A stretch of DNA of 64,000 nt, taken from contig CACCIQ010000004.1 of assembly GCA_902546095.1 (NCBI GenBank), forward strand, positions 4,268 through 68,267. Direction: 5' to 3'. Each line of letters starts with the position of its first letter. The stretch's first letter is position 1. A program made the translations under genes and the position numbers. Shown here piece by piece: positions 29,582 to 36,846 of this stretch. The notes under the pieces were generated by a model, which was not told the origin of the DNA, ran no database searches, and saw nothing but the letters and a program-made list of their open reading frames with translations. The DNA is from an uncultured Bacteroidota bacterium (GTDB lineage Bacteria > Bacteroidota > Bacteroidia > Flavobacteriales > Flavobacteriaceae).

Positions 29582-30332
29582 TGAAGATCTAAAGAGTTTT
29601 CTTGATTTAAAATATCAACAATACAACAGCTTTGATTTTATCAAAGATGATCCAATCCAAATACCACACTTATTTGATAAAAAAGAGGATATTGAGATTT
29701 CTGCTTTTTTAACTAGTATAATTTCCTGGGGAAATAGAAAATCTATAATCAAAAGTGCAAAAAAAATGATGGAACTTTTAGATTTTTCCCCACATGAATT
29801 CATCATCAATTCAACAAAAAATGAAATAAAAAAATTGAATTTTATTCACAGAACATTTAATACCACTGATTTTCAATTTTTTATAATTTCTCTAAAAAAT
29901 ATTTACTTAAATCATAATGGTTTAGAAAACACATTTTTAATAAAAAATAAAGATGAATTTTTATTTAATGAAATTTCAAATTTTAGAAAAATATTCTTTT
30001 CAGTTAAGCACGAAAAAAGAACTCAAAAACATGTTTCAAACCCTTTAAAAGGCTCATCTTGTAAAAGAATAAATATGTTTTTAAGATGGATGGTTAGAGA
30101 TGATGAAAATGTAGATTTTGGAATTTGGAAAAAAATATCTAAATCAAGGCTTTCATGCCCCCTTGACGTTCATACTGGAAGAGTTGGCAGAAAATTAGGT
30201 TTAATAAAAAGAAAGCAAAATGATATGAAAACCTTAATTGAGTTAGATAATAAACTCAGATCTTTTGATAAAAATGATCCAGTGAAATATGATTTTTCAC
30301 TCTTTGGATTAGGTATGTATGAGGGATTTTGA
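29562..30332 (+). CDS. TIGR02757 (DUF2400) family protein
   Basis: 256 aa. FLRWMVRDD...PLDVHTGRVGRKLGL pattern as I recall for TIGR02757. Commonly follows this ABC ATPase in Flavobacteriia (recollection, not searched). Confidence 0.55.
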   Translation: MVSGQNSEDLKSFLDLKYQQYNSFDFIKDDPIQIPHLFDKKEDIEISAFLTSIISWGNRKSIIKSAKKMMELLDFSPHEFIINSTKNEIKKLNFIHRTFNTTDFQFFIISLKNIYLNHNGLENTFLIKNKDEFLFNEISNFRKIFFSVKHEKRTQKHVSNPLKGSSCKRINMFLRWMVRDDENVDFGIWKKISKSRLSCPLDVHTGRVGRKLGLIKRKQNDMKTLIELDNKLRSFDKNDPVKYDFSLFGLGMYEGF

Positions 30333-30352
30333 TAATATTTAAAAATGATAAC

Positions 30353-30360
30353 TATATTTG
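30353..30360 (+). promoter_or_regulatory. Bacteroidota -7 promoter box TATATTTG
   Basis: Exact TAnnTTTG match (acTATATTTGcatc), 17 nt upstream of the ATG at 30378. Confidence 0.45.
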
Positions 30361-30377
30361 CATCAAATTGACTTTCT

Positions 30378-31631
30378 ATGTCAATACTAATAAAGTCTGC
30401 TAAAATCGTTGACGCCAAGAGTAAATTCAATGGCAAGACCCAAGATATTTTAATTGATAAAGGAAAAATTCAAGAGATTTCAAGTAATATTTCAGATTCA
30501 AAAGGGAAAGAAAAAATTATTTTGAAAAACCTTCATATTTCACCAGGGTGGTTTGATTCAAGCGTTTGTTTTGGTGAACCTGGTTTAGAAGAAAGAGAAA
30601 CATTGTCTAACGGTTCACAGGCTGCAGCATTTTCTGGTTTTACCGACGTGGTTTTGAATCCAGAAACAAGTCCATATTTGGATACTAAAGCTGATATTAT
30701 TTATGTTAAATCACAGAAACTTCCAGTTAATATTCACCCTCTTGGATGTTTAACTAAAGAGGCTAAATCAAAGGAATTAGCAGATTTGTATGAAATGTAT
30801 GAGTCAGGTGCAGTTGGATTTTATGATTTTAAAAAACCTTTACTTAATCCAAATCTTTTAAAAATTGCTTTGCAGTATGTTCAAAACTTTGATGGGCTTA
30901 TTTTATCATTTCCTTTTGAAAAATCATTGTGTCCTGATGGCCAAATGCATGAAGGAACAGTTAGCACCAATTATGGACTGAAAGGAATTTCATCTCTTTC
31001 CGAGGAATTAATGCTTAAAAGAGATCTTAAAATCTTGGAATATACAGGTGGAAAAATTCATATTCCTTGCATTTCAACTGAGGAGTCTGTAAAACTAATT
31101 AAAGAGGCAAAAAACAATAAATTAAATGTTTCTTGTAGCGTATCTATAAACAATCTTTTTTTTAATGATGAAAAACTTAAAGATTTTGACACTAGGTTCA
31201 AAGTAATGCCACCTATTAGAGATAAAAGACATCAAAAAGCACTGGTCAAAGGAGTAAGTGATGGAACTATTGATTTTGTAACATCGGATCATTCACCAAT
31301 TGACATCGATAATAAGAAAACCGATTTTGAAAACTCATTATTTGGATCTACCGGATTAGAATCTGTTTTTGGTGCCCTTAACTCAATTTTTAAACTTGAA
31401 AAATCAATTGATATTTTAACCAGAGGTAAAAATATTTTTGGAATAAAAGAAACAAATATCAATATTGGTGAAAATGCTAATTTGTCATTATTTGACCCTG
31501 AACATAAGTATTTATTCACTAAAGAAAATGTTATTTCAAAATCAAAAAACAGCTGCTTCATTAATTCTAATCTCAATGGAAAAGCTTATGGTATTATATC
31601 TAATAATTTAGTAAAATTGCTTGGAAACTAG
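30378..31631 (+). CDS. dihydroorotase-like amidohydrolase (degenerate metal site)
   Basis: 417 aa, colinear with type-I dihydroorotases (PGWFDSSVCFGEPG..., FVTSDHSP). The canonical D-x-H-x-H is replaced by D-S-S-V-C. Confidence 0.7.
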   Translation: MSILIKSAKIVDAKSKFNGKTQDILIDKGKIQEISSNISDSKGKEKIILKNLHISPGWFDSSVCFGEPGLEERETLSNGSQAAAFSGFTDVVLNPETSPYLDTKADIIYVKSQKLPVNIHPLGCLTKEAKSKELADLYEMYESGAVGFYDFKKPLLNPNLLKIALQYVQNFDGLILSFPFEKSLCPDGQMHEGTVSTNYGLKGISSLSEELMLKRDLKILEYTGGKIHIPCISTEESVKLIKEAKNNKLNVSCSVSINNLFFNDEKLKDFDTRFKVMPPIRDKRHQKALVKGVSDGTIDFVTSDHSPIDIDNKKTDFENSLFGSTGLESVFGALNSIFKLEKSIDILTRGKNIFGIKETNINIGENANLSLFDPEHKYLFTKENVISKSKNSCFINSNLNGKAYGIISNNLVKLLGN

Positions 31632-32247
31632 TTTTTTTTACCTTCATAAAAAATCATCAAAAATAAATTCTCCATTAATTTTACTCTTACATGGTTATGG
31701 TAGTAACGAAGAAGACCTTTTTTCATTCTCAAGGTTACTTCCAAATGACGCAACAATTATTTCACTTCGCGCACCATTATCACTTTTTCCTAACTCCTAT
31801 GCTTGGTATAATATATATTATGACGGATCTGTAAAAAATTATGATATTGAAGGAGCTCAACAAATAAGAGATAAATTAATTGATGAGCTGGATTATTTCA
31901 TAGATAAATATAATTGTGACAGTAAAAGAATTTCAATTATTGGTTTTAGTCAAGGTGCAATCCTTGGGCATGGAATTGTCCAATGCTCTAACTCAAAAAT
32001 TAAAAATCTTGTTGCGTTGAGTGGATATGTTGAAAAAGACTTACTATGCTTGAAAAAAAATAATAGCTCTATTTATATTTCTCATGGAACAAATGACGAG
32101 GTCATCCCCTACAATGAATCAATTGAAACAAATAAAATATTAGATGATAATAATATTGACTATGTATTTGAAAGTTTTGATCAGGGTCATGGAGTTAATC
32201 AGGAAAATTTAAAATCATTTTTAGATTGGCTTTACAAAAAATATTAA
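31621..32247 (+). CDS. phospholipase/carboxylesterase-family alpha/beta hydrolase
   Basis: 208 aa. LLLHGYGSNEEDL, nucleophile elbow GFSQGA and HGTNDEVIP. TTG start overlaps the upstream gene by 11 nt. Confidence 0.7.
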   Translation: METSFFYLHKKSSKINSPLILLLHGYGSNEEDLFSFSRLLPNDATIISLRAPLSLFPNSYAWYNIYYDGSVKNYDIEGAQQIRDKLIDELDYFIDKYNCDSKRISIIGFSQGAILGHGIVQCSNSKIKNLVALSGYVEKDLLCLKKNNSSIYISHGTNDEVIPYNESIETNKILDDNNIDYVFESFDQGHGVNQENLKSFLDWLYKKY

Positions 32248-33014
32248 TTTTTAATTAATAATTCTAGACCATCATAAGATAAGAACACAGATTTAGGAAG
32301 TAATTTCTCGGTTTCAGAGTGCAATCCCATATCAGGTGCAATATGAGTTAGATATGCTTTTTTGGGTTTTAGTTTTTCAACCATATCAATGGCTTGAATC
32401 AAATTAATGTGAGAGTAATGTTCTTTGTGTCTTAGAGCATTCAAGATTAAGGTATCAAGGCCACGTAATTTATCGAGTTCTAATTCTTCAATTTCTTTTA
32501 AGTCAGTAACATAAGCAAAGTTTTCAATTCTAAATCCAAAAACTTGTAGTTTATGATGCATATAAGTAATTGGTAAAACAGAAATATCCTCATATTTAAA
32601 AATCTCACCCTCATTAATTATGTTAGGATATACATGAGGGGAACCTGGATAATCACCGTTTTTATCAAATAAATAATCAAACCTGTTTTTTAAATTATCC
32701 ACTACTCGCTGATGAGCATATATTGGGATTTTACCGTGATGAAATGAAATTGGACGAATATCATCTAACCCAGCAGTATGATCTGCATGTTCATGTGTAA
32801 AAAAGATTGCATCAACTTTAGTTTTGTTTATTCTGAGCATTTGCTGCCTGAAATCTGGACCACAATCAATTAAAATAGATTTTGATTTGTATTCTATTAG
32901 GATTGAAGATCTCAACCTATTATCACGTTTATCTGAGCTTAAACACGATTCTCTTTCTACCCCAATCGTAGGAATTCCTGTACTAGTTCCAGTACCTAAG
33001 AAAGTAACTTTCAT
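32244..33014 (-). CDS. MBL-fold metallo-hydrolase
   Basis: MKVTFLGTGTSTGIP start and the THEHADHTAG metal motif. ATG at 33014 is preferred to the TTG at 33026. Confidence 0.8.
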   Translation of the reverse strand: MKVTFLGTGTSTGIPTIGVERESCLSSDKRDNRLRSSILIEYKSKSILIDCGPDFRQQMLRINKTKVDAIFFTHEHADHTAGLDDIRPISFHHGKIPIYAHQRVVDNLKNRFDYLFDKNGDYPGSPHVYPNIINEGEIFKYEDISVLPITYMHHKLQVFGFRIENFAYVTDLKEIEELELDKLRGLDTLILNALRHKEHYSHINLIQAIDMVEKLKPKKAYLTHIAPDMGLHSETEKLLPKSVFLSYDGLELLIKN

Positions 33015-33065
33015 TATAATTACCAAATTTAAAATTTTTTCTATGCAGTTATCAATGAGAGTTAT

Positions 33066-33073
33066 TAAATTTG
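33066..33073 (+). promoter_or_regulatory. Bacteroidota -7 promoter box TAAATTTG
   Basis: Exact TAnnTTTG match, 15 nt upstream of the ATG at 33089. Confidence 0.45.
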
Positions 33074-33088
33074 TAAAGAATTATTGTA

Positions 33089-34513
33089 ATGGTAGTTTCA
33101 TTAAAGGGCGATAAAGAATTTGAAAAACTCCTGTCTGTTAAGGATAAAGCTCTTAGAATTAATCTCAACGATAATATTTACGGAACATTTGCAGAAATAG
33201 GTGCTGGTCAGGAGGTCGCTAGACATTTTTTTAGAGCTGGTGGAGCCTCAGGGACAATCGCCAAAACAATGAGTGCCTATGATAAAGGCTTTAGTAATGC
33301 AATATATGGTGAGGAGCATGACAATAGATTTGTAACTAAGTCAAGGCTGACAAAAATGTTGAATCACGAAATTAATTTACTTGAAAATCGTGTGAACAGA
33401 GAAAATAATCCCGAAAAAATGTTTTTTTCATTTGCGAACACAGTAGCAACGATTGATTTTGCAAAGAAATTTAAAGGGCATGGATGGATGGGTATAAAAT
33501 TTCAAACGGATAGTAGTGAGGAATACAGTGAAATTCAAATGCATATCAGATTTCATGTAAATGATGCTAAAACTCAGCAAGAACTTTTGGGTATTATGGG
33601 TGTAAATCTCATATATGGAGCTTATTACAAACATAATAAGCCGAGATCATTGATTAGGTATTTATACGATCATATTAATCCAAATTCTATTGAAATTGAT
33701 ACTATTAATTTCTCAGGCAAATTATTTAAAGATGTTGATAATAGGTTAATTAGCTTAGATTTAATAAAAAATAATATGACTCAGGCTGTTATGTTTGGAC
33801 CTGATGGAAAAAATATTTTACCTGCAGCAGAACTGTACAAAAAAAATATCTTGACCATAAGAGGAAGTTTTAGACCAGTTACTAAAGTCAATGAGGATAT
33901 GTACGAGAAATCCTTGACAATCGTTAAAAATGATAAAAACTTCAATAAAAAAAATTCAATATCAATTTTTGAAATTACCTTATCAAATTTGATTTCCGAT
34001 GGTGAGGTTAATGAGCAAGATTTTTTAGACAGAGCACAATTACTTTGTTCTATGGGCAAAACTGTCATGATTACAAATTTTCAAGAATATTATAAGTTAT
34101 CTGAGTATTACAATAAGTATACTGACAAAAAAATTGTTTTGACTATGGGTGTTGATAATCTTATTCAAGTTTTTGAGGACAAATATTATAAAGATTTAAA
34201 TGGTGGGATTCTTGAAGCCTTTGGAAATTTATTTTCTCAAAATGTGACTGTACTACTCTACCCAATGTTAAAAAAAGATGAATTAATTGATAGTAATAAT
34301 TTAGTTGTAAATAATAAAATGAAGAACTTATACAAGTTTTTCAAAGACAATAAAAAAATTATTGATATAAAGGATTACAACAAAAAGCTATTGAAGATAT
34401 TTTCTTGGAAAGTGCTTGAAAACATCAAAAAAGGTAAAAAAGATTGGGAAAAGGACATTCCTAAAAATGTTTCTGATTTAATAAAAAAGAAAAAGCTTTT
34501 CGGATACAGTTGA
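33089..34513 (+). CDS. conserved hypothetical cytoplasmic protein (function unknown)
   Basis: 474 aa with no signal peptide. Distinctive N-terminal block NIYGTFAEIGAGQEVARHFFRAGGASGTIAKTMSAYDK. I believe it is widespread in Bacteroidota but cannot assign a function. Confidence 0.5.
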   Translation: MVVSLKGDKEFEKLLSVKDKALRINLNDNIYGTFAEIGAGQEVARHFFRAGGASGTIAKTMSAYDKGFSNAIYGEEHDNRFVTKSRLTKMLNHEINLLENRVNRENNPEKMFFSFANTVATIDFAKKFKGHGWMGIKFQTDSSEEYSEIQMHIRFHVNDAKTQQELLGIMGVNLIYGAYYKHNKPRSLIRYLYDHINPNSIEIDTINFSGKLFKDVDNRLISLDLIKNNMTQAVMFGPDGKNILPAAELYKKNILTIRGSFRPVTKVNEDMYEKSLTIVKNDKNFNKKNSISIFEITLSNLISDGEVNEQDFLDRAQLLCSMGKTVMITNFQEYYKLSEYYNKYTDKKIVLTMGVDNLIQVFEDKYYKDLNGGILEAFGNLFSQNVTVLLYPMLKKDELIDSNNLVVNNKMKNLYKFFKDNKKIIDIKDYNKKLLKIFSWKVLENIKKGKKDWEKDIPKNVSDLIKKKKLFGYS

Positions 34514-34520
34514 AAAAATT

Positions 34521-34976
34521 TTAACCATTAATTATTTGATCTGCGTGTTCTTTTGTCTTTACCTTATCAATTAATCGAGTTAATACTAAGTCTTCATCAA
34601 AAATAAATGTCATTCTGTGAATTCCCTCGTACTCTTTCCCTCTGAATTTCTTTGGGCCCCATACACCAAAAAGTTTAACGAGTTTTTTTTCAGTATCTGC
34701 TAGAAGTGGATATTGAAATCCAAATTTATTTGAAAATTTATTTTGAGTTTCAACCTTATCACAGCTAACTCCTAATATGTTATAACCCATTTTATCAAGT
34801 TTACTGTAGTTATCAGATATATTACATGCTTCAGCAGTACAACCGGGTGTATTGGCTCTTGGGTAGAAAAAAACAATTAATTTTTTCCCCTTAAAATCAT
34901 CACTATTTACAACATTTCCAGTGTTGTCCAAACATTCAAATGCAGGAATTTTATCACCTATTTTTAATGTGTTCAT
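34521..34976 (-). CDS. bcp: thioredoxin-dependent thiol peroxidase (peroxiredoxin Bcp)
   Basis: 151 aa. FYPRANTPGCTAEAC peroxidatic-cysteine motif. Confidence 0.9.
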   Translation of the reverse strand: MNTLKIGDKIPAFECLDNTGNVVNSDDFKGKKLIVFFYPRANTPGCTAEACNISDNYSKLDKMGYNILGVSCDKVETQNKFSNKFGFQYPLLADTEKKLVKLFGVWGPKKFRGKEYEGIHRMTFIFDEDLVLTRLIDKVKTKEHADQIING

Positions 34977-35008
34977 TTATATAAATTTATTAAGTAAATT
35001 TAAACATA

Positions 35009-35653
35009 ATGAACAAATCTGAAAAAATTAATTTTATTATAAACGTTTTAGAGGACTTGTTTCCTAAAATTGAAATTCCATTAGACCACAAAGATCCATA
35101 TACTTTACTAATTGCTGTATTGTTATCTGCACAAAGTACTGATGCTGGTGTAAACAAAATTACTCCAATTCTTTTTAAAAAGGCAGATAATCCATACGAC
35201 ATGGTAAAATTAAGCGTCGAAGAAATTAGAGATATTATTCGGCCTGTAGGATTATCTCCAATGAAATCCAAAGGCATACATGGTCTTTCAAAAATTTTAA
35301 TTGACAAATATGATGGTAAAGTCCCCAAGACTTTTGAAGCTCTTGAAAGTTTACCAGCCGTAGGTCATAAAACGGCTAGTGTTGTTCTTTCACAAGCATT
35401 TGGAATACCAACATTTCCTGTTGATACACACATACACAGATTGATGTTTAGATGGGGGCTTTCTAATGGGAAAAATGTAAAAAAAACTGAAGAAGATGCA
35501 AAAAGACTTTTTCCAAAAAAACTTTGGAATAAATTACACATACAAATTATTCTTTATGGCAGGAAATTCTCACCTGCCAGAGGTTGGAATGTAAATCAGG
35601 ATGTAATTATGATGAAAGTAGGAAGAAAATCTATTTTAAAAAAAATGATTTAA
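35009..35653 (+). CDS. nth: endonuclease III (HhH-GPD DNA glycosylase/AP lyase), cysteine-free form
   Basis: 214 aa. HhH motif LPAVGHKTASVVL with the catalytic Lys, and the catalytic Asp in PVDTHIHRL. The translated ORF contains no Cys, so there is no Fe-S cluster loop. Confidence 0.85.
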   Translation: MNKSEKINFIINVLEDLFPKIEIPLDHKDPYTLLIAVLLSAQSTDAGVNKITPILFKKADNPYDMVKLSVEEIRDIIRPVGLSPMKSKGIHGLSKILIDKYDGKVPKTFEALESLPAVGHKTASVVLSQAFGIPTFPVDTHIHRLMFRWGLSNGKNVKKTEEDAKRLFPKKLWNKLHIQIILYGRKFSPARGWNVNQDVIMMKVGRKSILKKMI

Positions 35654-36261
35654 TTACAGTTAATTTCATGTTCTGACCAGTCCTTGTCAGTAGAAGAATT
35701 ATCAAAATAAAAACACATTTTTCTATTATCCGAAAAGGTTAAATATTTGTAGAATCCATCAGGTATCGTAGCACCTGTTTCCAAAACAGTGCTATTGGAT
35801 GAAAACTTTAATTCAATTCTTACGTCAACAGGTCCTGTATCCTTGGCCCAATATCTAACTTGCTCCTCAAGTTCTCTCCACTCCCCCCTATTTAGACTAT
35901 CTTTTTGTAATGCGCAATTAACAAAAGAAAATGTTTTTGCTAAATTGGACCATGAATCTGTGAAGGAACCAGCTGGAGCCATGTGACCTTTGTCCCATTC
36001 ATTTTTGTAATAATCATTATCATCTGATGTCCATACATTTCTAACAGTGTAAAAATCCATGTTTCCGCGATCAGCAACTTTTACAAAATCTCTGACTGTA
36101 TATTCAATCCAATTTGGTTGTTCCCTCTTTTCATTATAAGAAATTCTGAAAACAGCATTTTCAACTAAAACTTCTTGTCTTAGTTCAAACTCAAAATTTT
36201 GAAGGTTATTATTATCGCAGGAGATAAATATTAATAGTATAAATATGTAGAATCTCTTCAT
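35650..36261 (-). CDS. DNA/RNA non-specific endonuclease (NucA/Serratia-type), lipoprotein
   Basis: 203 aa. Lipobox LLIFISC, active-site DKGHMAP (DRGH-type), and VNCALQ...LNRGEWRELEEQVR matching the beta-beta-alpha-Me nuclease pattern. Confidence 0.8.
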   Translation of the reverse strand: MKRFYIFILLIFISCDNNNLQNFEFELRQEVLVENAVFRISYNEKREQPNWIEYTVRDFVKVADRGNMDFYTVRNVWTSDDNDYYKNEWDKGHMAPAGSFTDSWSNLAKTFSFVNCALQKDSLNRGEWRELEEQVRYWAKDTGPVDVRIELKFSSNSTVLETGATIPDGFYKYLTFSDNRKMCFYFDNSSTDKDWSEHEINCN

Positions 36262-36262
36262 T

Positions 36263-36682
36263 TTAAAATAGTGTTGGATTAGTGTTTTTTTTCATATAAC
36301 CATTGGAACGAGTAACCGCTCCGACTTTATATTCTTCAATTACTATACCAAGTTCGCTTTCAAACCACTCAGCCACTAAATGACGATGACAAAATTTTTT
36401 CCTTGAGACACTAGTCATAATAATGGGTTCAAAACCTGTAACTAGACTATTTAGATCATCATAAACTGTATTAGCGTTGAGTGAAAATAATTGCTCTTTG
36501 TATGACTTAATAAATTGATCTTCAGTTATCTTTTTTTTGTTCAAATTTTCTAATAGTTTCCAATTTGGAGCTAAAGATTTGTACTCATGATTAATTGAAT
36601 CATTTTTTGATGGATATAATGATATGGACACATAACCGTTTGTATGACTATCACTAACTTGTTTAAAACAACCTGTTTTCAC
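36263..36682 (-). CDS. hypothetical protein, possibly DUF488-like
   Basis: 139 aa with a GTG start. C-terminal KKFCHRHLVAEWFE resembles the conserved CHR motif of DUF488. The assignment is weak. Confidence 0.4.
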   Translation of the reverse strand: MKTGCFKQVSDSHTNGYVSISLYPSKNDSINHEYKSLAPNWKLLENLNKKKITEDQFIKSYKEQLFSLNANTVYDDLNSLVTGFEPIIMTSVSRKKFCHRHLVAEWFESELGIVIEEYKVGAVTRSNGYMKKNTNPTLF

Positions 36683-36846
36683 CTGTAAAAAATTTATTAA
36701 TTAATTTAATTAATGTTATGAAAAATATTTAATTTTTGTTTAAGTAAAAAATGTTAATAATTCCCTGATGAATTTTAACATCAAATACTTGTTTTCTTAA
36801 CAAAATTTTAACATATTTACTTCTTAATCAAAATTATTATAATTAA

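Noticed and set aside
35650-36682. Nuclease plus small unknown protein as a defence or abortive-infection pair.
   Set aside because: The nuclease is a lipoprotein of the non-specific Serratia/NucA type and is therefore probably extracytoplasmic. There is no associated ATPase, methylase, sensor or immunity-like gene.
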